Part shown: positions 22,428 through 36,034 of the stretch, in pieces
Layout: every line of letters starts with the position of its first letter
Position numbering within the stretch: the first letter of the stretch is position 1
Assembly (NCBI GenBank): GCA_044892505.1
Contig: CM097883.1
Coordinates: 232,376,001 to 232,440,000, forward strand
DNA from: Schmidtea nova
Lineage: Eukaryota
Length of the DNA stretch: 64,000 nt
Direction: 5' to 3'
The notes under the pieces: generated by a model
The model's input: the letters and a program-made list of their open reading frames with translations, nothing else
The model's database searches: none
What the model was told of the DNA's origin: nothing
Program-made: the position numbers and the translations under genes

Positions 22428-23262
22428 TTTAGTATCAACCAATACCATTTATCCAAATCTTTCACGAGATAGAAAGATGTCACATAAAATCATTATGAAA
22501 ATATCCATCGAAAAATTATCAACTCAAAAAAATATATTTTCAAGCAAATTAATACAATTATCAAATCTTAATTATTCTTAATTAAAAACACAAATACGAA
22601 AAGTATTTGCTATGTATTTTGATTTTAGAATTATATATAAAAATATTTATATAATTGATATTTTAAATTTTAAATTCGTGATTTTTATCGCTTTCAATTA
22701 AATTTATCGCATTTCTATCTGATTTACGAATTTATAAATTTTGAAAAGATTAATTTAATTTAGCTAAACTCTGTTTTTATGGCATTCTATACAGATTGCA
22801 TTATTTGTTTTAGTAATTGAAACTTGTGACAGTTGGATTATTTAAAAAGTTAGGAATCATAACAACTGAATGGTGCCTACTACAAAGATAAATTGTTTTT
22901 GCCGGCTGCATCGTTTAATTAAAAATTTTATGAATTATGTAGGTTTTTTATAAGTAATATCACTTTTTATATTTTTTCAGTTAAGGAAAATTATTTACCA
23001 ACTACAACTAGAAAACATCACCAGTAGCTGTAGGACAAAATCGTAGATATTACATCTTTGAATATAATACAGTATCAGGGAAAGGATTCTACATAGTACA
23101 CTACATAATTATAAGGACACTTTGTTTTGGCTATACTTTCCCATCCTTAAGGGGTTTTAATGGAATTGCACTTGTTAGTTAGTGGTTTCATGACAAGTAT
23201 CTGTAAATAATTTTAGTCCGTTTCGACTGTTATTAAGGAAGTTATTCCCAATCAACCAGAAA

Positions 23263-23463
23263 NNNNNNNNNNNNNNNNNNNNNNNNNNNNNNNNNNNNNN
23301 NNNNNNNNNNNNNNNNNNNNNNNNNNNNNNNNNNNNNNNNNNNNNNNNNNNNNNNNNNNNNNNNNNNNNNNNNNNNNNNNNNNNNNNNNNNNNNNNNNNN
23401 NNNNNNNNNNNNNNNNNNNNNNNNNNNNNNNNNNNNNNNNNNNNNNNNNNNNNNNNNNNNNNN
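23263..23463. other. Assembly gap (N run)
   Basis: Direct observation. Confidence 1.
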
Positions 23464-23519
23464 CTGTCATTTTTAACTAAAAATTACACGCAGGTAGGCA
23501 AAGATTTTATGAGTACAGC

Positions 23520-24230
23520 TATCTTGTAGAGATATTATGAACGGCCTCATTTTGATCGTTACTGTAGTGTTTTTATCCTTCGAAGACATTGCGTGAAAGT
23601 GTTTTCCAAAGATTTTCTTTAGGATTTAAGTCTGGCAATAGGCAGATCACTCTAATAAAGAAACATTAATTTGTTGAAACCATTCCAAAGTTGATGATGC
23701 AGCACAGATGGAATCGCTGGAAATATCCCTACTTGACCACACATGGTAGCAGATAGTTTTTCAGCATATTTTTATAGGCAGTTGCATTCATTCGTCAATC
23801 AATGAAGGTGATATCGTGTTTTCTTCTCCATTCAAAAACATAGTGGTATAACGTACAGTACAGAATGTGGTAATAAAATCTAGATACCAGAAAAGCTTAG
23901 AAATGTCTTGGACTTTAGTCCGACTTTCATACAGTGTTCCAATGTCTGTGTAAGAATTTATGTACATAAATACTGATTATCATGTGCCTACAACATCTGC
24001 AATGACTCACCTACTAGGTTGATTCGTTGTAGTCTTTTCTTATCAGTTAAGTGAGACGCTTTGCAACTGTCCTTATAATTTTGTTGCATTTTTCGTTTAA
24101 TGTGCATAACTTCTTCAATAATAATTGAGACGGACTGAAATTGTTTTTTTCTATTAAAAAAACTTCTTTTGAAATTTTGAATTATTTTTTTATAAATAAA
24201 CGAGTATGAGTCTTTTCTTTTATGCAAAGA
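23520..24230 (-). pseudogene. Degenerate Tc1/mariner-like transposase remnant
   Basis: HLTDKKRLQRI (LT..HK..R-like) and SDLPIA (SPDLNPIE-like) among many stops. Confidence 0.35.
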
Positions 24231-26200
24231 AAAATGGCAAAACCATTTTGCTTAATAATTTTATGATTACAAGGCATAGAAAACGTCTATACTAATAAAC
24301 TTCCATAGAAGTGCACTGCAATATATATAACACCATTACTAATTTGAATCTGCTATAAGCAAAAAAATGTGTTTAACATTTAAGTCAAGCAAAAAAATAC
24401 ACGTGACACAACTAATAAATTTTTAAATTCATCCGGCAAGTAGCAGAAAATGGGTAGAGCAGTCGACTCATGAATTACAAACACATTTGTGCTATATAGT
24501 TAGATGCACTGGACAGCAAGGTAGACGGATAATAAATACATCCGGATCTATTTAAACTTGTTCAGCTTACACACAACAGTCACGTGAGCATGACCTAAAG
24601 ATTCCCTGCTTATAGATGAATAAAATTAGAAATGGTGTATGCTATGACTCGTTAATAAATTAGTTCTATCTTCCCTTTCGTTAAGGTTTTAGATAGAGTA
24701 CATTATATATTATTATTGCATTAAATTCTCGAACAACACGTTTAACTTGTTTCAGAAGGTATTGTGTTGGCCGTTTATCCCCGTACAAATATACGCAACC
24801 TACATTGTTTCATTTTTTCTGTATATTTTCTACTTCTACCGAAAGAGCTTCTTTGAAATTTGTTTAAAATTTAAATTTAACGTAAAATCAGAGCCATTTC
24901 TAGGATTTTGATGTAAAACATTTTCGACGCAAACAAATGGTTATGGAAACGACACTGCTAATGAGGAAGTCCTGGTTCATTGAGAACAACAACTGTATGA
25001 TGGGTTTTGATTTTGAAGGAAATTAGGATATTTATATTTACATAATTATATTAATATTTAGCGAGTCATCTAGTTTCAATGAAAGATAAGTCGATGTGTA
25101 GTCAAATTTGAAAATATTTATTAAGGACCGAAAACACATCAGATCAGGGATTTGTATTCAAAGACCAGATCTAAAGACTACAAATTTTTGATCCAGAATC
25201 ATCACAAAACATTTCAATTCCTTAAAGTGAAAGTTTTTCAATTTGAAAGAAAAATAATTGTGAATATTGGTGATAGTTAAAATGGAATGTCGCTAGGTAA
25301 ACAAACACTTTTTTTTGTTTTTATCCTATTCAATTTATCATCAACATCTCTTTTTTTGATCTTTGAATTTTTATTTTCAATTTCAGAAATTTTCATTATT
25401 TTAATAAAAAATTTTTAAAGTAAACGAAATTTCAGCACAGCCTTTTTTTAATGTGAAAATTTTATTTGTTTTTTTTTGATAAGTTGCAGAATCAGGATCT
25501 TAATATTAAAAAGATTTGCTATGAATTTTGATCAAAAATTAAAACAAAATTCTAAATTACTTATGAAAAATGTAAAAAATAATAAAAAAAATATTTTCAA
25601 GTTATATATCTGTTATGATATTTTATTTGCTGTGAATAAATAAGGTTTAGTTTTATAGAAGAATTTTTTGTTTAAATAGTTACATGAATTATATACTTAT
25701 TGTTAATTAAAACTGTTGATCATTACATGAACAATGAATGCTGTTAAAATTATGATGTATTATTAAAACAATTTTATGTTTTCTTTACAAATAATTCAAA
25801 ATCAACAGAGAAAGATTCATAAATAATTTAATGTGTAAAGTTGAATGTCATAATCAGACACCAAAGACAGTACATAAATGTGCTGTTAGGCCCTAACAAT
25901 ATGGATTATATCGAGTAAAATATAAGTAAGATATAAAAAATTGTATTTTTAAAAATGGTTTGGATAATTAATATTTTATGGTAAAATTAGAAATTTATAA
26001 AATTAAGAAAAAAATTAAGAAATTTTTAATAAAACTTTTGAATTTTTAATAATTTTTCTATCATATAAACAAATTCAAAAATATTAATTTAGAAATTTAT
26101 ATAACTGAAAATCAATTGTTAATTATTAAAATCTAGTATTTAAAATTAATTATTCATTATTATTATTATTATTAAAATAATTAATTTATGATTTAAACAA

Positions 26201-26389
26201 NNNNNNNNNNNNNNNNNNNNNNNNNNNNNNNNNNNNNNNNNNNNNNNNNNNNNNNNNNNNNNNNNNNNNNNNNNNNNNNNNNNNNNNNNNNNNNNNNNNN
26301 NNNNNNNNNNNNNNNNNNNNNNNNNNNNNNNNNNNNNNNNNNNNNNNNNNNNNNNNNNNNNNNNNNNNNNNNNNNNNNNNNNNNNNNNN
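26201..26389. other. Assembly gap (N run)
   Basis: Direct observation. Confidence 1.
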
Positions 26390-28351
26390 ATAAAAGTTTA
26401 TTTATTAATTAAATTTTTTACAAATTTTCTTAAATTTTTATCATTAAAATCAATAAAATTCTCACTTTATCTAGAGATATCCATTAAAAATAGTGTTGAT
26501 GAAAATCTATTCCCAATAATAAAAGAAATTTTGAAAAAAATAATTTTTCGGAAAGAAATAATGAAAATTTGGTCAATTAATTATGGAAATTGGTGATTGG
26601 AGTTGATATTCAGCTGATACAACATTTGACAGTTCTTCACCAATGAGATCAAAGATAATTTAAATTTCTTTAATGGCTACTGATCAGTAGAGATAGTGTG
26701 GCGTATCAAGTTTAAATTGATCGAAGATAACTTCTCGTTTGCCCAATTTCTTGATCGGGAGATATTTTCAATTAATTTACTGATTTTTTTTTCAGATTTA
26801 GTTGGGATTTCTTTTAGTCGTTTGATTGATTTGCAGTTAATTCTGTAACGAATGCGCTAAAGAAAATATAAATCTCGATTTACTAACCGCAGCAATCAAT
26901 TTTGTTTAAATAAATTACACTTAGTTGATTTTAAGATTTTACCGGTTATTTATTATTTTTTATAAATTACATTGCAAGAATTGTTGGGAAATCGTTTTGG
27001 GAATTAATTATGGAGAGACCTGAGCTGGTATTGAGGATTGCAAATATACTTTTGTATAGAATAATAAATTTATTTGTTATAAAACGGTGTATAAAGGCAA
27101 TTGCTAATTTGTTATGAATGTATCATTGACAATTATTTAATAATATATAATGGTAATATATAATGGTAATAAGCAATTATTTACTCATGCCTATGTTAAT
27201 GTCCATTATTAGCAATTCAAACTATGCCAACTTAATCAATAAGAAGAAAGATATTCAGATGGAAAGATTGCAAGATCAGCTAGTATTTGCATTATATTGA
27301 AAATTATTATATTATAATCCAAAGTTTTCGTTAAATAAAATTCAAAGTGACGGCTCACAAAATTTATTCCTTTTTGTAATTTAAATATTCTGCCACCATG
27401 AGTAGGGAGAAGTTTGGACTCCCGAATAAATGGAATTATGTAATTGATCGGTCATATCCAATCAAAATCGAGCTAACCTCTCCATTTTAAAGACCCTCAA
27501 TAAAAAGCTTTATTTTAAAGTCGGGGTCAAATTTTTTTAAAAATTCAAAAGTTTTAAAAAAAGTTAAAACACAAAATTCAGATATTAATAGCATCTATTA
27601 AATTGCAAATCTATGAAAATCTAGTGATGTTTTTTCTCCAAATCGGTGTCTTAACTTCTTTAGGATAGATTTTATATTATTAGATTGTAATATTGATAAA
27701 CCAGATTTCGTCATATTTATATTCTACTGTTTGAAATGAATCATGAAAACGTGTTTTGCGATTGTTGATGAATAAATTTTCGTTGCAAGTCAAGTTTTTA
27801 TTGATCTTCGTCAAAACGTTGTTGACAGTAACATTTTGTTTTCTAATCAAGTTTTAATATTGCGATTTAACTAATTTGACTGGATAGAAGAATTTGAAGT
27901 CAATTTCCTTTCCCGTGAAAAATTTTTGTGTACATGAAACATTTGAACGGGCTTTACATTTGGTTTAATTTTCTTAATATTTTCATTCGAGTTATAAAAT
28001 ATTTTCTTGATTGGGCTAGATTTCTGTTAACTGTAAATAAATTGCATTTTGTGATAATGACTAATTTTGTTCTTTTATTTATACTCGTTATTTTTTCTGC
28101 TCAAATTTTATTGCACAGGACACACGCACACTTATGAACTTTGAGTATGTGTGCAAGTGCGAATATGTTGACCTAAATGAGAAAAGTTTATGCGCATGTA
28201 TTACATCGGTATTCCATATGTATTACACATTATTTTTAAATACATGTAAAAAAGGTTACAATAATTTTAATAAAAAATAATTAGTAAACCATTAAAACAT
28301 TAATACAAAATTGGTTGGTTTGTCGTTAGCAGAGTTTATTAAAATATAATA

Positions 28352-28416
28352 ATAAGGTAACAATAGTAAGCCTTCTCCGCTTACATTGCGGAGAAGGCTT
28401 ACTATTGTTACCTTAT
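28352..28416. repeat. Perfect 29-bp-arm inverted repeat with 7-nt loop
   Basis: ataaggtaacaatagtaagccttctccgc-ttacatt-gcggagaaggcttactattgttaccttat. Confidence 0.95.
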
Positions 28417-28559
28417 CATTAAAACATTACTAAAAATTTCTGGTCATTACTTTGCGAATGATAAAAATTACTAAATAAATAAACTCTATAAAATAAAGAC
28501 TTATTAAACAAAGACATACAATTTTAAATAAAAAAGTCAAAAGAAATAAAGATCAAAAA

Positions 28560-30650
28560 CACTATATTTTCTTTAAAGTTTTGTTAAATTAACAAGAGGC
28601 TGCCATTATCATTATCACAATTTTGGAAATCAAGATGTTCATATAAATCTCCGTTCATCAATATTTTACCATTCAAGTAATCATTCCTATCAATGACTGT
28701 CGCAAATCGCCAAGATCGTCTTCATCATCTATAACTACTATAATACCCATACGCATAATTTTTATTTCTCCCATAGAATAAAGCTTTTTATCAGTATTTT
28801 TAAAGCCTTTTTATGATTTTTTTCACTAAACATTTGATGATTTTTGCTGGCAATATGAAAATGGGAACTCTGTAAATTTTATTATTACAATAAGAATCAA
28901 GATACGACTAATAAGTTAGTCTTGAATCTTTGATTATTATCTTTTTAGCTTTGATTGCTTTATCATTGCCCTTCATACTATAGCATTTCGACCTTATAAA
29001 GATACATTTATCGTCTCCAAGATCTTTACTTTCGTCTTTAAATTTTTCTATCACAAAGTCTAAGTCTCTTTAACACAATGAATGATTAGAATCATCATTA
29101 GATTTATCTAATAATTTATCTTTAATCATTGATTTTAATAAAGTTTCTAATCTACAATTTTTAATTTATATGGGAAAACTCGGTATCCCTAGCAATAATA
29201 TTCGTCTGGCATTAAAATTCATCGCGATATTTTTCCACGTTAATATTTTGCAGCTGGTGCATTCGTAGCTTGGATAAATCTAGTAGGGTTTGACAAATAT
29301 AAGTAGGTCTATCCTAACACACTAATTCATTTCTTAATAAAACAGATATTAGATTGTTGTCTATTTTTGTGTCGTTTCGAAAAGTTGTTTCGAACAATAT
29401 GTATCAAGTTTTGTGCTGAACTAAACTGCCTTAAATTCATTCGTTTTTTAAGGTTTTCTACAGTTTTTCAATATCAACTGTTATTTAATAATTAAAAATA
29501 GTTTTTATCCATTTTATTTGTGCACGATGCTCTAAACTGTGTATTGGTATCAATATCATTTTTGAAAATATAATTTTAATTAAATTTTACAGTGAGATCT
29601 ATTTTAGTTACAACATTATATATATTAATAAATAGTTGGAGTAGCTTCCAATAAAGAAGGTAGTTCTTTTTGGGACAGTGCGTGAGCAACAGATTTTTTT
29701 ACATTAGACTTTGGTGGAAACAATTTTCTATCAGCAGCTGGAAAATCATGCATTTTGTCGTGAATAGATGTGGATATTTATAAATTTACTGCTATGGCAT
29801 AACCATATGAAAATACATATTAATCTACAGTAGTGCACTCTTATTATATTATTTAATAAAGTATCGTCAGTAACCCATTGAAAATTACCCTTGGGGAGCT
29901 TTTGGCCCAAAGCGTATTTATTCAGATTTCCGATATCTAAATACAACAGCTTTGAATCAGCCATTAATTTAACAGTGCTTAGTTACAAGCCTTCCATTAT
30001 CCAAACTCGAAGATTTTCATTTCCTAGATAAGTTAAATAGTCTTATTCAGTGTAATTAACTTATGTAATTCAATTCATTACCGGACTTGCCCAAAATATT
30101 TAAGGGTTCCAATTTAATACGAGCAAGTAATTTTGCTCAAAACTGCTGGAAAAATCAGCAAGTAAAAACACTTACAAAGTTAGGTAGACAATCATGTAAT
30201 TCAAAAGTGAATTATAGTTAATTTCCCTCCAAGTAACTTGAGCCATAGTATATTCGGCTTCAGTTATATCCTTCCAAATAGGAGGTAATTCGGTTGATTG
30301 CACAACAACCTCTAAACCTGTCGCTACATAATATGGAAATATCCCATTGAATTTACAATGGTCCCCTCTAAATTCTGAAGAATTCATCGATAAAGCTATA
30401 ATGTTTTAACTGAATTATTTAAGAGATTTGCTTACAAATTTTCAAGAATAGGTAAACTTTAGAGTTAATCCATTAATTCTTGCAAACAAACTAAGAGATT
30501 CTTCATTGCTTACAGGAATACAACTTATATTCCAAGAGTCATATTTTGAAAGTAAGAATTTGGGAATATGTTGGATATCATATCTTTTCAAATTATGAAA
30601 ATTACAGGCAAATTGTGTCGATTTTGCTTGGATGCTTACATTTTGAGCAA
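28560..30650 (-). pseudogene. Polinton-type PolB remnant 2
   Basis: FHNLKRYDIQHI, CIPVSNEE, FNGIFPYY, LPP, LLYLDIGNLNKYALGQKLPKGNFQW (region I), with many stops. Confidence 0.75.
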
Positions 30651-31189
30651 GCAGCGCCTAAAGATTGATGCCGGTCGCTAACCGGATTAATTAATAATTT
30701 TTTACATAAATGACAGTTTGTTAAAGATGAAAAAGATAATTAATCCGTATGATTAAAAATAATTTCTTTTGATAAGTTTTGTAAAAATAAGGGAAAACCA
30801 TTTATTTACTTATTTTTCATGTTAAATGAAATACATCAATCCCTAAAACTTTTTGTAAAATTTATCCCGAGTTAGGCAAAACAAGGGTCAAATCAACTTA
30901 GAATATCGAATGTAATAAATGGAGTTAACAATTTATCAACCCTTTGAAATTTTACCTAATTCCATCAATCAAAGTGGAAATTCTTGAGCAATATTATTTT
31001 AACACGAAACTTTGTAGAAGTATAGCTAATCTTTCTTTTTATGTAACCGTGAATCTCAATTTGAAATACTATTTTTAATTTTAGATTTTTTATTGGTGAC
31101 GGAAAATGATACATTATGGAAATAAGTTCATTTACCTTAAAAATAAAAAGAAAACCGCATCGATAGTTTTATTAATCAACACAATTTTT

Positions 31190-31700
31190 GCGTGTGATTA
31201 CCATCATTTTTGTGCCAACACACTGACCGCAAGAAACTTGATTACAATTTGAGCAGATGGAGTTCGTTTTGTTGTGGTGAATCCTAATTTGGTAGTTTTT
31301 CGTCTTTTGAAGAAAGTTGTGTGTCGGTTAGAAGTTGAAGGAGATTGAACAATACACTGGTTGTGCATGGACCTTTTGCTGCACAATTTTTCTCCAACTT
31401 TCAAAAAGAAATTTCTTCATGAATTTTTGTCATTTGTCACTTTTTTATTATAATCCATGAGTTCAAACCATATAACCATTTCATCGAAGATGTACACTTC
31501 TTAAAATTAAACAATTTCAGGAACTTTCTTAGGAGAAGAGCCATAACGTGCACGCTTGATGAGATGCACTAATTAAATATACTACTTTTGTAGATTTTCC
31601 ATTGTAAATTATCAAGGACAAATTCTTTTCGTGACACAAGGAAAACCTGCTTTCATATCTTGATAGTGATTTTTCATGCAGTTGTTTTAAGAGCTCGCGA
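31190..31700 (-). pseudogene. piggyBac transposase C-terminal remnant
   Basis: RRNFFLKVGEKL-like segment and Cys-rich tail QIRIHHNKTNSICSNCNQVSCGQC; possible end tcaaccctttg at ~30936. Confidence 0.55.
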
Positions 31701-32206
31701 CGATTTTTTGGACGGTGCTTACCACGCTGTACTTTCTTTTTCGCTACTCTTTTCTTAATTTCGAAGAAGTGAAGAAGTTGTCACAGGTAACGTTATAACT
31801 CCTTTATAGTAGTATTTCATTAAATACATCACAACATATGTTGCAAGGTCTCTATTTTTGCTGTCGGTGAAAAATTGTTACTAGATTAACCGACGTGATT
31901 GAAAGGTCGATGAGAGATTTATGAATATCGAATATTTGAAAAAAGAGAAAATACAATTTGAAAAGTAAAGAAAACGAGATTAATTTTTGTGATTAGAATA
32001 AAAGTAAAAATAAATCGTATCCGTTGAAATAAAAGATTAAAAGGTTGAAAAGAAAGGAAAGAATTGATAAAATCCGATTGCCAATAATAAAGTCAAAATT
32101 AAAGTAAAAGGTAAAATTAAAAATTGTAATATTTTGAAATTTAGACGCAAAAAAAGTTGTCCAAAAGAAGTTGTATAATCTACGAAATAAGAAACAAGTG
32201 GAAAAT

Positions 32207-33400
32207 ATGGCTAGTAATTCAAATAATAATGATCAAATACCCATGTCTACAACTCCCACAAACAATGGCCTTGATTTTGCAAGCTGCCAGAAATTGCAAG
32301 TAGAGGGATACGGAGGAGACCCGATTGATTTTATTGATTTCATGGCGGACTACTAAATGTACGCCACAGCATACGAATGGAGCCAATCAATTATGGTACA
32401 AAGGTTACCATTATATTTGAAAGGTGCAGCAAGAGAAGCTTGGCAACAGATCGATAAAAGACTTATCACAAAGGATTGGACAAAGCTATAGGATGCATTG
32501 GCAGCCAAGTTAATCGGTGGCTATATCAAAAGAATATTGCGCCAAAAATTTACAACCGAGTGCAAAAGCCAAATGAATTGGTAAGTGAGTTTGCTTATCA
32601 TTTAAAAACTCTTGCAAAAAAAGCCTTTGAAGCGAAACCCGAACAACCTGATGTGACGAAACAAGTGAAAGAATTATTACAAAATCAATTTTTGTCAGGA
32701 GTAAAAAGGGAGATAGAAAAGGCCTTGTTATTTAGATTTTAACAATTTCGATGAATTGAATAAAAAGGTCATGAAAATTAAATTGAATCTCAAAACCACG
32801 CAACAGATATCAGAATCCTTTGCAATTGTCAATGAAACAAGAGATGAATCAGTAACTCCGGTTAGAGAGAATCATTTTGCAAAAATCAACACGTTAATCA
32901 CCAAAGTTCAGAGTGAAATTCGAGCCAAGAAAGTCGACAAACAGCCCAAATGAAGAGAGAGAAAAGCCAATTCAATGTAGTTTTTGTAAATGATTGGGAC
33001 ATCAAGTAAACCAATGTTGGTTTAAAAACAACGCTTAAAGAAGCCCAAGTCCTGTTCACGAAAAGGCATAGTAATAGTCAATGTTAGTTTCAAAATAATT
33101 TGCAATGGAGTCCAAGAAAGATGTGGCCAGATTGGTTGAAAGACAATGTCGAGAAAACTTTCAAGAGAGGGGACAACAATGATCAAAGAGCTAGTGATAA
33201 TATGCAGTACTATAATTGTGGAACGAAAGATCATATTTCACGAAATTGCTTTGCAAGATCGAGATCTCCGTCAACATCACCATCACCACAGAGAGATAGA
33301 GTAAATCTCCAAGGACAAATTCAATGTCACTCATGCAGAGGTTATGGTCACATGGCTAGATCATGACCAAAGAATAATGAAATATTTCAAAGACCTATAT
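32207..33400 (+). pseudogene. Element 2 gag (stops and frameshifts)
   Basis: EGYGGDPIDFIDFMADY*MYATAYEW..RLPLYLKGAAREAW; three knuckle remnants CSFCK*LGHQVNQC, YNCGTKDHISRNC, CHSCRGYGHMARS. Confidence 0.85.
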
Positions 33401-33834
33401 CAAAATGATAAATCAAAATTTGATAATGTGGCTTTTGTACAACCCGATGATGTCAATGAAAGAATTGAAAAAGAGATAAAACAAATGGGTAAACGATTGG
33501 ATCAATTAATGTGTAAATTTAATCAGACGAAGAAACTGATAATCATGTGATGTATGAATCGCAATCAGAAGGGTCAGAGACAGATATAATAAAGGAAGTA
33601 GTAAATGATGAATTAGAAACAGAAAAAAATAAAAATGATTATGTCGAGAATAAAAATTTTAATATAGTCAATAGTAAAAGAGACATTAAAAGTAATGACA
33701 CTGCTAAAGAAATTGAGTCAAATGCCGATGAGTATACAAAAAATAAAAAGTGTACTTGAAATGTGTGCTGATTATCATAATGAGAATTCAAAAGATAAAA
33801 CTGAAACTGAGAAAATTCTTCAGAGTGAAAACAT

Positions 33835-34060
33835 GTTTAGATTTTATTGTTATTGATATTGTTGATGAAAGCAATAATGATGTGATGTGTATTCGTTGTG
33901 AAATAAGAGAGTGCGTAAAGGAGTTTAAAATGAGATTAGAGGAGAATAGTGGAAAATGGATAAAAGAAGTAAAATTTAGAAATAGATGTTTAAATGATGA
34001 TGAAGTTTTAATAAATTGTGGACTAACACCTGAGAATTAAAATATAGTATAGATAGTATT
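33835..34060 (+). pseudogene. Element 2 ubiquitin-like domain
   Basis: FIVIDI..VMCIRCEIRECVKEFKMRLEENSG..EVKFRNRCLNDDEVLINCGL matches the Ubl pattern. Confidence 0.55.
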
Positions 34061-34899
34061 AATGATTAGAAATAATGAAGTAATAAAAGATGATTCACAA
34101 AAGATTTATAAGGAATTAAAGGATATTTTGTGTAGAGGGGATGCACATAAAATTGTTAGAAAATTAAAGTTAATAGAAGAAATTGAAATTGAGAGGGATT
34201 GTAAATTAGATATTATAGATGCAATAAGGCCATATATATATATATATATATGAAAAATGAAAATATAGAGAAAGTTTAAGAAATTTAGTACGACGATTGG
34301 GCAAGGAACTTAGAAAAACTACAGTCGAAATGATTCCGTTTACAATAGCATTAGATTACGAAGATTATGGAAAACTGAATATAAAGTAGAGCATTGGTAC
34401 ACAAAAGTTCGAAAATTAAGAAAATAGCTGCTGATAGAATAGGAAAAGATGGAATTATTATTTTTATGTTTAAAGGTATTTGTACTACAAGAGTTAGATG
34501 AAAATGGATATTTATGTTCCGATACCGGAAATGGATATTTGATAAATTATGTAACAGTGATTAAGGAACAGAAATTTGAATTAATTGATAAATCTGATGG
34601 ATCAAATACAGACATAGAAAAAGATAATGAAAATGAGATTAAAGATGACAAAGAAATAAACGAAATGGTAAATGATAATAAGGAAACCAAGCAGAATAAT
34701 AAAGATGGGTGTAAAATAACAAAAGTGCAAGAATTTGAGGAAAATAAAGGCGAAATGAATAATGAAATTAATACTAAGAAGCCTAGAACTTTATATGAAA
34801 TAAAGAAAGGTCTTGTGAGATTGGAACAAGAAGTAAATAAAACCAAAGTATTATTAAAAAGTGTGACTAAAGCAATATACCCAATGTGTGAAATTGAGA

Positions 34900-35200
34900 T
34901 CGATGTAAAATATGAATTGGGAGACATAGTAAATGAAGTAAAAAACAGAATCCCTAGTATCATGCAACGATTTGGTAAAGTTTTTCTGATAAAGAGGTCA
35001 TCGAGAAATTAACTAGAAATGAAATTACTAGAGAAGTGATATTAATGAGCTTAACTTATGTAATTTTGGAAATTGGTGCTCATAACATCATGAAATCAGA
35101 TGAATTAGAAAATAAGATAGATACTTCTGCTCGAAATATAAACACATACTTAATGAGTTGGAAAAAAAAGATTGGAGGTTGGGACAAATTGATGAAAATG
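34900..35200 (+). pseudogene. Element 2 Bcl-2-like domain
   Basis: NTYLMSWKKKIGGWDKL. Aligns ungapped over 48 aa with element 1: KS..[IL]E..I...A..I......[YW]....GGW. Confidence 0.55.
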
Positions 35201-36034
35201 TTTATAATAAATGAAAACGAAAATGACGAAGAAAATCTACCTCAAAAATCGCTAAATGTGAGAGTTAGTCCAGAAACGAGGAAGACTATTATGTTTCCCT
35301 GGGCAATCTTTATGATAATTCATTTGTGTGCAGGAATCACATAGGTAACGAGTATAAATGCTTATGATTGTTCTAAAACAGAAATGGGAATAATTTATTC
35401 GGTTATAGATATGGCAAAGTGTTCAGACGCATATCCAAGAAAATTAAAAATAGAAAATGATGTGAAATACTATGTATATCAAGAGTCTGATTTACGACGA
35501 ACACCGGTAAGAGAAAGTATGGTTAAGCGTACTGCCTTTATATTTTATTGAGCAAATGCAGCCATACTTCATTGATAAAAATATATACAATCACACTGCC
35601 AGTGGGAGTTATGCCGGAAAATTGCCTCACTGCTTTTCAAACAGGAGAATTAAAACTAAATGCAGAAATTAAATTAAAAGCAAAACGAAATCATAGAATG
35701 AGAGAAACAGTGGTCGTAAAAGGAGTAATGAAACAAGATGGAGATTGTGAAGGTGAACCATACAAAGTAGATGGAAAAATAATCAAACAATCTGTAGTAA
35801 TTGAGGAATATTTTACGGAATTGAGGGAATTTGAAGGACCTTTTGATGTTGATACGGGAAAGTTGCAGACACATCCATTTCTTAACATGAAGCAAACTAA
35901 TTGCCAAACGGGAGAGTCAATCCTTTTGTTTAATGTCAAAACCTAGGCATGTAATTTGGCGCACTTAAAAACTATGAATTTCAAAGAATTGTGCGGAGAA
36001 CAGTTTCGAGAACGACTAGACAATTTTAATACTA

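Noticed and set aside
23252-23470. ORF of X residues
   Set aside because: Assembly gap.
31750-32170. 5' LTR/PBS of element 2
   Set aside because: No sequence matching the candidate 3' LTR start at 49051 and no clear PBS; probably deleted or too decayed.
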